Positions 39,456 to 52,123 of a stretch of 64,000 nucleotides of DNA are shown here, piece by piece (the first letter of the stretch is position 1; each line of letters starts with the position of its first letter). A model generated the notes under the pieces. The model was not told the DNA's origin, ran no database searches, and worked only from the letters and a program-made list of their open reading frames with translations. Both the position numbers and the translations under genes were made by a program. Source of the stretch: Ginglymostoma cirratum (Eukaryota); contig JAHRHZ010000266.1 of the NCBI GenBank assembly GCA_024137785.1, positions 16,499,098 through 16,563,097 on the forward strand, given 5' to 3'.

Positions 39456-39929
39456 TCAGTTAAGTGCTGTTTATCAGACCTCTGAGACATTTATAATGAC
39501 GGAGTACCAAGGTACAAATGTAATGAATTCATGATACCTTTCATGTCATGAGCTGAAGAAACACCCTTTGTTTTTAATCCTTTTAACTGTTTTCTTTTAA
39601 TTCTGGTTACATTTAATTCTGGTTTGCTGAATCAGCGCATCCAAATCTGCTCCCATCCCTGCCCTGTCAAGCCTTCCATACCCTACCCTGGCTCAACCTT
39701 CAGCACTGTCAACACTTCTCATTCACTGTTCCCACCACCCCCGTCATCTTCTCACCCCTGGCTCTGCTCATGACACCATAGTCAACGCGCCACCCCCACC
39801 TCCGCTTCCCCTCTAAGATCACTCAACAACACCCCCCCCAAAACACACCTACTGGCACTTTTACTGATTGTCCCAAAACCTGGCACCCCTAGCTGTGCTC
39901 ACCATCTCCAATACTGTGAATGTGAAGAG

Positions 39930-40510
39930 TGTACTATGTTGAGAGAACGAGTAAATTGCATTTATATTCTCTGGAGTTTAGAAGAAAGTGAGGCAATCTT
40001 GTTGAAGCTCACAAGACGTGAAGAGGGGCTTGGCAGGGTAGACGCTGAGGGATTGTTTCCCCTAGCTCCACAATACAGGGCACAGTCTCTGATAAGGGGA
40101 TGATCATTTCCAATTGAAATGGGGGGAAATTTCTTCACTCAAAAGGTTGCAAAGCTTTGATGTTCTCTTTGCTCTGAAGGGATGTGGTGTTGCATTGTTT
40201 TCTGCATTTAAGGTAGAGATAGATGATCAATGGAAGAAAATCAGCAGGTCTGGCAGCATCTGTGAAGAAAGAATCAGAATTAGCGTTTCGCATCTGGTAT
40301 CCTTCCTCAGATCGGAACTACAAGTCACTGGTCCCGAAATGTTAACTCTGATTTTTTTTCTTCACAGATGCTGCCAGATCTGCTGAACTATTCCAGCAAC
40401 TTCTGTTTTTGTTACTAATTTACAGCAGCCTCAGTTCTTTAGGTTTTTATGGATGATCTACAGTCTGTCAGTAAATGAAGGGATATGGAGGAGTGGCAAT
40501 ATCAAATCAT
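39930..40510 (+). mobile_element. Decayed CR1 3' end containing an inverted pair of family B elements (40229-40451)
   Basis: CR1 motifs ctctggagtttagaagaa...aaggtagagatagat. The insert has a reverse body at 40231-40310 and a forward body at 40322-40451, flanked by gatgatc at 40222 and 40452. Confidence 0.75.
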
Positions 40511-41530
40511 CCCTTGAGAACATTGGTCCTAGCTCTGTTGAAGTAAACCTGTGTAGTCTGTACATGTTTCACCTCCTCCAGATGAGCCCCAATCCTGCAG
40601 GAATCTAAAACTTTCTCTTGTGCAGCATGTCTTACCATGCATTCATCTGTGCTGTGCTAATTCTCTACTCATGAGAACATGACATCGGGAATAATTAATT
40701 AATTAACCATAACTATCAAATTCCCAATCCTTATTATTTCCCCAATTTGTCACCTCCCCTTCTGTACAGCTGAGCATTCTGAATTTGGCTTTGGCTGTAG
40801 TCCCTACAGGAATCATCACTGCCAAGAGTGCTCAGTCTGCCTGGCAGTCACTCAATCCGTCTATGTTGTCATGATCCTGATGGGGAAAGTATATTGGAAG
40901 TCAAGCCCCATTAGCCCAGAAGTTGTCACAAATATGGAATATGACCAATTTAACCCCTAGGATGGTTATTGACTATCTGTGACCACTATCTAAGATACAC
41001 AGGTTTCGTCACTGAACAAGACAACAAAAAAGGCTACTCATTGTTATAAACCTATCCTCTAACCTGTGACTAAAGTTATTATTAATTGCCAGTGTGCAGA
41101 CTATTAAAATCTACCCTCCATTAAGTCCAAGCTGGTACACATTCATTCACAAATGGGATGGGCAAGATGAAGAGGCAAACAATTTTTTAGGAAGATCATG
41201 GATAAAAAAAGAAATAGGCAAAAGAAACAGTCTGTGGCTAAAAACCACAAGGAACTCTGAGAGGACTTTCTCAGAGTTCTTTGTTTTGTGTGATGACACA
41301 CAGTTGTCAACTGTGGCAATATTTAATTTGGTAGCTGATCAGTTGGACCTCAGCCTCTTGTTTGAGTTACATATTTTTCTTTTCAAAGTCTTTTCATGTT
41401 GTTTTGTTCCTGTCACAGGGACAAAGAGAGCAATCTGACTTATTTACAGGCTTTTGGAGGTCTGAATCTGCACTCACCCACCCAGTTCTGTGACGAACTG
41501 CCACTTCAAACCAATCCAGAAGCAATTGCT

Positions 41531-41711
41531 ATCCGCCTCCCCCTCTCTCCCTATTTATTTCAGAACCCTCTTCCCCTCCCCCATTTCTGATGAAGGGTTT
41601 AGGCCCGAAACGTCAAGTTTCCTGCTCCTATGATGCTGCTTGACCTGCTGTGTTCATCCAGCCCCATGCTTGTTATCTCGGATTCTCCAGCATCTGCAGT
41701 ACCTTTTATCT
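41531..41711 (+). mobile_element. Family A Penelope pLTR fragment with intact hammerhead core and 3' extension
   Basis: Near-identical to 51975-52123. CTGATGA (41587)-a-gggt-ttag-gccc-GAAA-CGTC. 14-bp TSD cagaagca(a/g)ttgct at 41517-41530 and 41712-41725. Confidence 0.9.
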
Positions 41712-43879
41712 CAGAAGCAGTTGCTGTGCTGTTTTCTTCAACTCAATGACATCTCATCCCAGCATGTCTCGTTCGAGTGTCAAATTCAGTTTCTCCCAAA
41801 AGTCACAAGTACTTATACAGCCAGTGAGTCAACACCACGTGGTTCCACTTTGCATTGCGTTCTTGCGATCCAACTGGTGCATTCTCTGCAACAAAACAGT
41901 CCAACCTCCCACTTTCCAGTTTGTTGTTCAAATTAACTGTATGTAGTCCACCTACAAAAATTCACCATCCACATCACACTCAGCCTTAGGCGTGCACCGC
42001 AGTGACAGTCGTTGGTGTTCAAGCTGCAAAACCCAGAACTTGACTACTCCCAGCCGACAGTATTCCTCGATATATTGTTGTCGATGACATGAAATACATC
42101 CTGAAATTCTCTGTGGTCCACAGAACTGAGTTGCCTTGCCATACTTGTACTGAATAGATGATCATTCACCAACTACTCACATAGGAACAGGAGAAGGTCA
42201 TTTCAGCCCTTGAGCCTGTGAACCTAACAGCTGTTTTCCTTATGTTGGCATTATTTTATATGGAGGTTAGCTTAAATGTTTTACTCATTATCTACATAAC
42301 TCATGCTAATTTCATGAAAAATATGAACCCTCTCGATTTCTATAACACTTCATTTAATTTTAACTTTACCTGCATTGATCTCATTAATTAATTAAACCCT
42401 AATTACAATTCTGCGATAAATTATACATTGCAAATAATATTAATTAAGGTTCATGTGTTGTCAAACGGGCTTTCTTTTTATATTTTCACACTAATCAGTT
42501 GACCTAACTTACATTATAGGTTGATCAAATTAAATGCTTACCTATAGACTTACCCTCTGTGTTCATTGTAGATTTATTCCATTACTTTGGAATGACTCGC
42601 TTAAAGTTTTATCTTTCCGTCTGTGTGCTAAGTGCCTGCTTACCCCAAATGCAGTTCAGAACTCTGAGAACTCACAATGTGGAGGACAGTGGTAGGGGCC
42701 CTTAATGGCATTTTGTCTCGCAGTACAGTATGTTATAAATTGTATTGTACCTGTATATAATTGTATAACAAACACTGGTGGTTAGTGCTACTACCAATAG
42801 GAGTTGTTAAAATCATGCTTGCTATAATTTTGAGTGTTAATTGTGCAGGATGACTTGCCTCCTGTGTTTTCAAATGGTTTGGGGTTGAAATCTCACGTTA
42901 GAAAATTTGCAACAAAAGTGCTGTTACATTCTTAAGAAGTGCTTTGTCTCTTTTTCCTGGCAGGAATAGCTAATTTTACAGATACAGGCCTTTGTTAAAA
43001 TCTTAACAAATGAATATTATCTCAGTTTGTTGATGCATTTGATACGAATGTGGTTTCAATCTGTGGCTCTTCGTTCGAGCTTGAAATGACCCTTAATTAA
43101 AAAGGAAGGATAAAAGAGAAAAATTTGCATTTATATCACTTCTTTTATATACTCTCAATGTGAGAAACTGCTTACAGCCAATGGAATCACATTGAAGTGT
43201 GCTCGCTGTGGTTGTGTAGGCAAATGCAGCAATTAACTATGCACACAGCAAGATTCCACAAACAGCTATAGTTCCGTGGATACAAATTGGAGTTCCTCAA
43301 ACTGATGACTTGCTCATGAAGGTGTCGAAGGCATGAGATATATCTTAAGGTTTATATATGAAACAGGATGCACATTCCACAGGGCTGAAGTGTCCCACCA
43401 TACCTTTGTTCATTAGCCTGTTAACTAGATTAAGTATGAACTGAAGACTAAACGACCAGGTAATCTGGTTTCTTAGCATTAGCAAAATGATCGGTGCTGT
43501 TCAGTTCACCAGGTTAATTCCCTTCACCTACAGAAATGCCACCTTGGATCCACCTAAGTGGAAAGAGCAACATTTTAATACGTCATCCAAACAACATCCT
43601 CTCTAATATTTGAAAATATTAGTCATGTAACATACAGGAGTGGAATCCAATGCTTTCTGGTGCAGAGATGCCAGTGCCACCACTGAGCCAAGCTAATGTG
43701 CTCATTGCTTATTTGTAGATGAACTTATTTCAAGAAGTCACAAGTTCAAAAAATAATGATGAATGTGATAGGCACCGTCCCTGAAGGATCAGTTGCGTGG
43801 AAATTTAAGGAAAAAGTTAAAGGGGGGAGGACATGGCAAAGATTGTTAAGGTTTCCAGAATAAGTTGCATGTCGAAATA

Positions 43880-45117
43880 AGGCAGCATCAGCAATTTGTC
43901 AAGGAGAGGTCATTCCTGACAAAACTGTTGGAATTCTTTGAGGAGATAATGAGCAAGCTAGACTAAGGAAAACCAGTAAACGTGATCTACTTATATTTCA
44001 AGAAGTTTTTTGATGAGGTGCTGCACAGGAGCCTGCTAAATAAGATAAGACCCCATGGTGTGAGGAGCAAGGTACTGGCATGGATAGAGGATTTGCTGAT
44101 TGGCAGTGGGCAGAGAGAGGATGGAAGCCTAATGGAGTTCCTCAGAAATCAGTGCTGGGACTACAACTATTCATGTTATACATTAACAATCTGGATGAAG
44201 AAACCATGTGCATCGTTGCTATTTTTACAGGTGATACAAACATAGATGGAGGGGCAGGTCATGTTGGGGAAGCAGGGAAACTGCAGAAAGACTTCGACAG
44301 GCTAAGAGAGTAGGCAAAGAAGTGGCAGATGGACTAGAATGTGCGAAAGTGTGAGGTTATGCACTTTGGTAGGAAGAATAGAGTGGACTATTTTCCAAAT
44401 AGGGAAAGCTTCAGAAATTTGAATCACAAAGGGAGATGGGAGTCCCAGTTCAGGATTCTCTTAAGGTTAACATGCAGGTTCTGTTGGTATGTTAGGAAGT
44501 CAAATATAATGTTAGTATTAGTTTCAAGAGAGTTAGAATACAAGAGCAGAGATCTACTTCTGAGGCTGAATAAGGTTCTGATGAGAGCACATTTGGAATA
44601 TTGTGAGCAGTTTTGGGCCCCATATCTAAGGAGGAATGTGATGGTGTTCACATTGGTCCAGAGGAGATTTACAACAATGGTTCCGAGGATGAGGAGCTTG
44701 TCGTATGAGGAGAGTTTGAGGACTCTGGGTCTATTCTCGACAGAGTTTAGAAGAATTAAGGTGGATTTGATTCAAATTTACAGAACACTGAGAGGCCTGG
44801 ACAGAGTGGAGCTTGTGAAGATGTTTCTACTCGTAGGAGAGACAGCCTCAGAGTGAAGTGACAACCCTTTAGGAAGAAATGAGGGGGAATTTCTTCAGCC
44901 ACAGGGTGGTGAATCTGTGGAATATGTTGCCACAGAACGCTGTGGACGCCAAATCAATGAGTGTATTTAAGATAGAGATAGATAGGTTCTTGGTTGAAGG
45001 GGTTCGAGGGTCACGGAGAAAAGGCTGGAGAGTGGGTTTAAGAAACATATCAGCTATGATTGAATGGTGGAGCAGATTCGATAGACTGAATGGCCTGATT
45101 CTGCTCCGAAGTCTTAT
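43880..45117 (+). mobile_element. Decayed CR1 LINE (RT + 3' UTR)
   Basis: ORFs read YLYFKKFFDEVLHRSLL, GVPQKSVLG, KCEVMHFGRKN, HLEYCEQFWAPYLR and NFFSHRVVNLWN. Confidence 0.9.
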
Positions 45118-46001
45118 AGCCTTCCCAGTCTCTGGAGTGGAGGCTGAACCCAGAAATGTTTGTCTCAGAGCTGAGAGGGCTAAAACTGATCCAGGTCAGG
45201 CAGTGTTAGTGGGGAGACTAGTAACTGTTTCACAATTCAAGGCTTTAACCTTTTGTCAGGATTGTATCCTTCAAGTCCCCGATGAAAGAGGAGAATCCCA
45301 GGTTGTTTATAATATAACTAAATATACATTGTTTATGTACTGTACAGGGCACATTCACTGCAATTCCTACCATGGGAAAATATTGTAATGGAAAGAACTC
45401 AATGTTGAAAATATCCTGCCCTGTCTTTGTACAATAAAGGTGTATATATTTCCGCACACTGCAGTACGAAACAAGCATTTAATATTACATCTGATGGTTA
45501 GTCAGAATGGTTTAAGCAGTAGTTCTTAGGCAAAACTGTGATGTGGTATGTCCTATATAAAGTCCTGCTGAAGTAGTCCTCACACTCGTTAATGACCACC
45601 TTCCACTTCCGTTGGATTCTAGATCCTACAACACAAATGTATTTATTTTGAGCTGCAGTGTTCTGGATAAAACCTGGCTTGTCCTTCCATGTTCGGGTCC
45701 TTGAGTCCCATGCCTATTTTCACTGTTTAAAATGAAACCAGCTTTTTTTTATTGAGCTGCAGAATTGAACACCCACTGTGGCCCACATCAGACAGTGGTG
45801 CTGGAGTCAAAATGCTGATTATTTCAGGTTTGGGTTTCAAGTCTTGCCACAGACTTTATCACGTAATCTAGCAGTGCTGAGGGAGTGTTGTGTTCTTAGA
45901 GGTGATAGATTTCAAATCAGATGTGAACTCCAGTCTAATCTGTCTGCCTAAGAGACTGTAAATACTGTGGCATTATCCAATAGAGGAGGGAGTTCATTCA
46001 G

Positions 46002-46170
46002 TGAAAAGAAACCAAAAGAACTGCGGATGCTGGAATCCAGAAACAAATACAGAAATTGCTGGAAGATCTCAGCACGTTCTGAAGAAGGGTCACTGGATTG
46101 GAAACGTTAACTCTGATTTCTCTCCACATGCTGCCAGACCTGCTGAGCTTTTCCAGTGTGTTCTGTTTTT
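46002..46170 (+). mobile_element. Family B hammerhead-motif element with inverted extended tail at its 5' side
   Basis: 46002-46074 is the reverse complement of the tail, then cgtt-CTGAAGA (46079)-a-gggtcactggattg-GAAA-CGTT-aactct. 12-bp TSD gagttc(a/t)ttcag at 45990-46001 and 46171-46182. Confidence 0.85.
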
Positions 46171-46849
46171 GAGTTCTTTCAGAAGCCTGGCCACCATTTC
46201 TCTTTCAGTTGCCTCCATGATTTATGGGGGATCTTGCGAGACACACGTTCATTACCAATTTTCTCTGTGTGACTGCACTTCAGAAGTATATCATTGCCTA
46301 ACATACTACCTAAGTATAGACTGTTTTCTGCCACTTTAAACATAATATGGAGAAGACGGAATTAATGATGTGAAGGGAGTTATATTTTTCTATTTTTTTT
46401 TAATGAGGGAATTTCGTACCCTGATCCCTCTGGAGAATATTGTTTCAAGCCATTATCATTATTTGTTTTTTGTTAGATTTGTTTCGGTGCAGTTGTAACC
46501 CAGCTGGTTCAAACTCCCCACAGATTAGCAACAATGACTGACGCACCAGTGAATTGAATACGTCTGCCTCTGTTTGCATCATGGAGCCAGGCAAGGAAAT
46601 AGAGATTTTAGTTTCTCCAACAAAGGGAGGCCATGCATAACAGCTGAGCAGGTAAACATCAACTAGTGTGACATTCCCAGGTCATGAGTGGCACTGCCTG
46701 GTAGCCATTTAATAAAGGAAGGAAAAACATGCATTTATAGCATACTTTCACATCCTGAAGTGCACTGGAGCCAATCAATTATTATTTAGGTAAACACAGC
46801 ATCCAGTTTGCACATAACAAGTTTGATGGGAAATAGTGGCATCTATATT

Positions 46850-48300
46850 TACTTGCTTATTTTAGTGTCGTTATTTGCATATCCATTCCCTTCAAGCTGT
46901 TGGACTGTTGTGAGTCTACCTCCATCAAGATGTTTTACCAAAATCAGCAATGTCTATGTTATCTCCCAGACATGAGAGACTAGATGTGGCTATCTTAGTA
47001 CTGAACAATCTAAAAGACATTTATAGCAACGAACTATTATGGACAAACATTATATTCCTTAGGTACATAAGTGTCTGAGCTAATATTAAGCTGTTACATT
47101 ATAACAATTGATCATGCTTCCCATAGTGCATCATGCTTCAAGTGATCCAAGCTAATTTAGAGACTTTCATACCCTTGCGTCCTGTGCTATAATGCATTGG
47201 TGATCTCATGCACATGTTCTTAAAGGAATATTGACACACTGGCTGTGAAACATAACACAATAGTCTCTTTCTCCAAAGATAAAAACCTAACCTACATAGA
47301 TATGCATAGTTGTATCTAGGCATGAGTTGTCAATTCGATAGCATTACAAATAGGTAAAACATAACTTCAACTTCAATGTAATGCTTGTTTTGACAACTTG
47401 TCTTGATTATCTATCCATTGGGTGAGGTATGTGTTTTCTATTGTACATACTTGACAATTTGGTTGCTTCGCAGCTGACACTCAATAGTGGCACACAATAA
47501 TCATTGGCAGAGTGTTCTTCCTCACTCTCATGATGCCTGATTGGTTTTCTGTGTATCTAACTGAGCAGGCTTCGGTTCTTTTGCAGTGTCGCAGCAAATT
47601 AATGATGATTTTATGTTAAGCAGACACAGAGAATGCTGGAGAAACTCAGCAGGTCTGGCAACATCTGTGGAGGGGGATACTGAGTTAATGTTTCAAGTCT
47701 GGGATGACTCTTCTTCAAAATAGTTCTGAAGAAGAGATATTCTGGACTCAGAATGTTAACTCTGATGCTGTTTCCACAGATTATTTCAAAGCGATCTCCT
47801 TGAAGATCATTGGATTCACTTGCATCTTGTTTGGACTCTTCTGACACAGTGATAGTTATTTGAATCTCGAAAATTATGCACACTGGTAGACATGCCACTG
47901 CTGGACTATTAGTATCTACTAGATAAAGGATTGTGGGAAGTCAAGATGCACTTGCCAATTAGCGGTGCTGTGTGAATCTGCCAATTCATTGAATTGGTGA
48001 TCTGATACGTGCTGTGAGACTGTCTCTCGTAGACTGCACATGGAATGTCACCTCTGAGGTATGTGCCTTTCAGGATGTGAAGTGGTAACATGTTGGCATC
48101 AGTTCCCCTGTTGATTTTAGATTTTAGTGTGTGTCCTCCTGCCTTTTTAGGACTTATTAATAGTTGTAAAATCTTCTGATCACCTTGTATAGTCAAAATG
48201 ATGTGTGAGCTTAACAGTACGGAAAGCTTAGTTGTGTTCTGAAGTTTGCACTTCATTTGCTTGACTGAATCATTATGTTTGTATTTATGTACCTTCTTAA
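46850..48300 (-). mobile_element. Probable decayed Gypsy-like pol relic (protease, possibly RT)
   Basis: ORF 47909-48256 contains HTLKSKINRGTDANMLPLHILK, resembling the retropepsin LKxKIDTGADxNxLP motif. A downstream DIADFGKT near 46950 resembles the post-YxDD RT motif. Confidence 0.4.
47618..47781. mobile_element. Head-to-head pair of family B elements
   Basis: Reverse copy 47618-47721 abuts forward copy agtt-CTGAAGA (47726)...gttaactctgatgctgtttccacagat. Both cores are decayed. Confidence 0.75.
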
Positions 48301-48339
48301 CACTTTCCTTGCTGTCAGTGCTACGATGTTGAGAGATGG

Positions 48340-48808
48340 AGATTTAATAGAATGGTTCTGTATATGGTTGTCTTTAGGTACAAGGCTAGTTTGGAGACAT
48401 TGGAAATGTTCTCCTTGACTAATGTCAGTCAAGAAAGCATTTCAGAGAAGTGTTTGAAATTTTGGAAGCTTTAGGTAAGATAGACAAAGAAAAGTTGTTC
48501 TCATTAGCTGTCCGTACAGGCTCAGGAGAAATCAATTTAAGGTTCAAGGCAAGGGATGTTCTGAAAAGAACTTTATTACGTGAGTACTCATGATATGAAA
48601 TTCACTGCTGATAAGCATTTTTGAAACAGAGATAATGAGTGATTTCGAAGTGAAATTGGATGTGCACTAGAATGAAGGAAGTAAACTTGCAGGGCTTAGG
48701 AGATGGAACAAGAAATGGGACTGAATGTAACACTGTACACAGAGTAAAGATGGCCTCACTGGACCAAATGGCCTACTCCCATGCCTTTATGGCTTTGTGA
48801 GCCTATGA
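48340..48808 (+). mobile_element. Old CR1 3' end
   Basis: Decayed ttctccttga...gaagtgtttgaaatt...ggaccaaatggcctactcccatgcct tail. Confidence 0.6.
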
Positions 48809-49258
48809 TCTGCGTTCACTGGAGTCTGCGTTCCTATTCCTTTGGTCCTTAGACCAGACACTAGTCTGAACTCCCCTTGGTTAATGTTGGTCTGTGTTTT
48901 GAAGCAGACAGATGATGTTGCCATTTTGCAATTGCCGTACTGGGCAGACTATAAATGTGAAAAGTTGAGGATTGATGATTCTCACTACTAACCCACCTGC
49001 ATAGGCCCAAGTGTTGTCAAGCCCTGTCAGTGTCCTAGGAATATAGTCCTGAGTACTTATATGGATTCAAGCTGAAGTTCCAGTGGGTCCAATTTGAAAT
49101 CTAAATCCATCTCAGTGTTCTTCAATCTATCCCAAGCTAGCAGTTTAGAGAAGGCAAATCAAGTTATCTTGCATTCTAACAGTGCTAAAACCTTGAACTT
49201 TGGCAATTAAAACTTGAAAACAGCATACATTTTGTACTTGAGGGCTGAGAAGGAGAGG

Positions 49259-49397
49259 AAAAAAAGAAAGAGAACTGCAGATGCTGGAAACCAGAAATAA
49301 AAGCAGAAATTCCTGGAAAAGCTCAGCAGCTCTGGCACCATCTGTGGAGAGAAAGCAGAGTTAATGTTTTGGGTTGAGTGACCCTTCCTCAGAACGT
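49259..49397 (-). mobile_element. Full-length family B element
   Basis: Reverse complement cacgtt-CTGAGGA-a-gggtcactcaaccc-aaaacatt-aactctg...ccagcatctgcagttctc. Confidence 0.85.
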
Positions 49398-50767
49398 GAA
49401 TAATCTATGGAGTACTCTCCCTTTCAAGTGGGTTACGGAATTATAAGTACAGTACTGCTTCCTGGAAATTGTTTTCACAGTCTGTACTGTAAAAGAATGC
49501 AAATTGCTGCAATATGCAATGCAAGACAATCAAAACATAAATACATCGGACTGGATGTTTGAAGTAGTGTCACTGCTACTCGGGTGATAATATTTAAGAA
49601 TTAATTAGTGTGTTCTTTAACCCTGCACCAAAATAAAAACCAATGAAGCAGGATTACAGCAGATGTGTCATCCTTTAGGCCGTCTCTGCTAAAGCCTGTT
49701 AAGTGATTTTGTGAAAAGTAGTCATTCTGACCCCAAGTGAATGGTGTTTTGTTCCTGTGCTTGTGATTGCCCTTTTTGTATTGAGATCCTGTTCCTTCGA
49801 TAACACCAATCTACGGACATGTTCTGATTGACCTTTCAATTAGAGAACACTAGAAAATTAGGAAGATTCACTCGGTAGTGATCTGGGATACTGAGTGGCA
49901 CAATAGATGATCCAGTGGAGGGTAGTTTTCCTTTTTGAGTGGGTACCAGCAGAGAATCCATCCTGAGGGCACTCACCTTGTTAGCATATCAGCATCTCTG
50001 TCTGAGATCTCTTGGGTATCCCAGACCACTGTCAAGCCATGGAGCCAGGAATAATTTTGGATGATTTTTTTGACACAAGGAAGCAAATTCAAAAATTGGT
50101 GGTGTTGGGGGTACAGGAGCTCTGTTGATATCCAAGCACAGGAATGATGGGAACATAATATAGGAGTTTATATACATGTAGAGGAGACTGCGAATGACCT
50201 TGCAATGTGATGAAGTTTATAGAGGTTGGAGCTCAGGAGGCTGACCACTGGAGTACGGAATTAATCTATCCAGGTACCCTTGGGTTTGAATCCAATCGAA
50301 ACAAATTGGGGGAAATCATCTTGGTGGCATTTATTGTGAAAGCTCAAATTTCACTTTTGAGCAGTCTCAACCTGGTATGAGGGTAGTGCATCAACAATGC
50401 ACATCTGCCTTCCTTTTGGTTTGGGCAGGAAACCAAGCCTGGAGCATTTGGTCCTTACATTGATTTCTTCGGTCCAATTTGGTATAACCACCGCAAGGAG
50501 AGCATGAGATCTTAAACGTAAATTGCATTCAGCATAGCAGAAGACCCTGTGATTGTTCTACTGCTTTAAAGAAACAGTTGTTTTAAATTTCATGAATAAT
50601 ATTAGCCAGAGAAATTCATTGTGGACACATTCATAATGTCCCTCCATATTACAGCCAGAGCCAAAGTCAGTAGGAACCTCAATGGCTATGAAATGTGTCT
50701 TAAGTATAGGGCCTGGCTTTTTGATGTTATAGGTGCCATTTTCTTCCAAAATGGTGTCCACGGCACA

Positions 50768-52123
50768 GAGATAATAGGTACTGCAGATGCTGGAGAATCC
50801 GAGATAACAAGGTGTGGAGCTGGATGAACACAGCAGGCCAAGCAGCATCATAGGAGCAGGGAAGCTTGACGTTTCGGGCATAGACCCTTCATCAGAAATG
50901 GGGGAGGGGAAGAGGGTTCTGAAATAAATAGGAAGAGAGCGGGAGGCAGATAGAAGATGGATAGAGGAGAGGATAGGTGGAGGGGAGCAGACAAGTCAAA
51001 GAGGCGGGGATGGAGCCAGTAAAGGTGAGTGTAGGTGGGGAGGTAGGGAGGAGATAGGTCAGTCCAGGGAGGATGGACAGGTCAAGGGGGTGGGATGAGG
51101 TTAGTAGATACGAGATGGGGATGGGGCTTGAGGTGGGAGGAGGGGATAGGTGAGAGGAAGAACAGGTTAGGGAGGCGGGGACGAGCTGGGCTGGTTTTGG
51201 GATGCGGTTGGGGGAGGGGGGATTTTGAAGCTTGTGAAATCCGTGACTCCCTTGTCCGCTCCACACTCCCCTCCAGCCCCACCAAACCCGGCACTTTTCC
51301 CTGCAACCCAGGATGTGCTACACCTGCCCCCACACCTCCTCCTTCACCCCAATCCCAGGCCCCAAGAAGACTTTCCACATCAAGCAGATGTTCACCTGCA
51401 CATCTGCCAATGTGGTACACTGCATCCGCTGTACCCGTTGTGGCCTCCTCTACATCGGGGAAACCAAGCGGAGGCTTGGGGACCGCTTTGCAGAACACCT
51501 GCGCTCAGTTCGCAACAAACAACTGTACCTCCCAGTCGCAAACCATTTCAACTCCCCCTCCCATTCCTCAGACAACATGTCCATCCTGGGCCTCCTGCAA
51601 TGCCACAATGATGCCACCCGAAGGCTGCAGGAACAGCAAATCATATTCAGCCTGGGAACCCTGCAGCCCAATGGTATCAATGTGGATTTCACAAGCTTCA
51701 AAATCTCCCCTCCCCCAACCGCATCCCAAAACCAGCCCAGCCTGTCCCCGCCTCCCTAACCTGTTCTTCCTCTCACCTATCCCCTCCTCCCACCTCAAGC
51801 CCCACCCCCATCTCCTATCTACTAACCTCATCCCGCCCCCTGGACCTGTCCGTCCTCCCTGGACTGACCTATCTCCTCCCTACCCCCCCACCTACAGTCA
51901 CCTTTACTGGCTCCATCCCCGCCTCTTTGACTTGTCTGCTCCTCTCCACCTATACTCTCCTCTATCCATCTTCTATCCACCTCCCCCTCTCTCCCTATTT
52001 ATTTCAGAACCCTCTTCCCCTCCCCCATTTCTGATGAAGGGTCTAGGCCCGAAACGTCAAGCTTTCCTGCGCCTCTGATGCTGCTTGGCCTGCTGTGTTC
52101 ATCCAGCTTTACACCTTGTTATC
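50768..52123 (+). mobile_element. 5'-truncated Penelope-like element (Neptune type) with inverted pLTR
   Basis: GIY-YIG ORF, pLTR with hammerhead motif (52031) and an inverted pLTR copy at 50768-51242. 11-bp TSD tccacggcaca at 50757-50767 and 52122-52132. Confidence 0.92.
51243..51759 (+). pseudogene. Penelope-like GIY-YIG endonuclease domain (C-terminus of PLE ORF)
   Basis: PGTFPCN/CYTC zinc-knuckle linker (frameshifted), NVVHCIRCTRCGLLYIGETKRRLGDRFAEH...VANHFN...H...EQ..I..LGTLQPNGIN. No RT present. Confidence 0.9.

Noticed and set aside
51095-52078. 327-aa ORF and overlapping reverse ORFs
   Set aside because: Off-frame readings of the GC-skewed Penelope inverted repeat. The meaningful frame is the GIY-YIG one.
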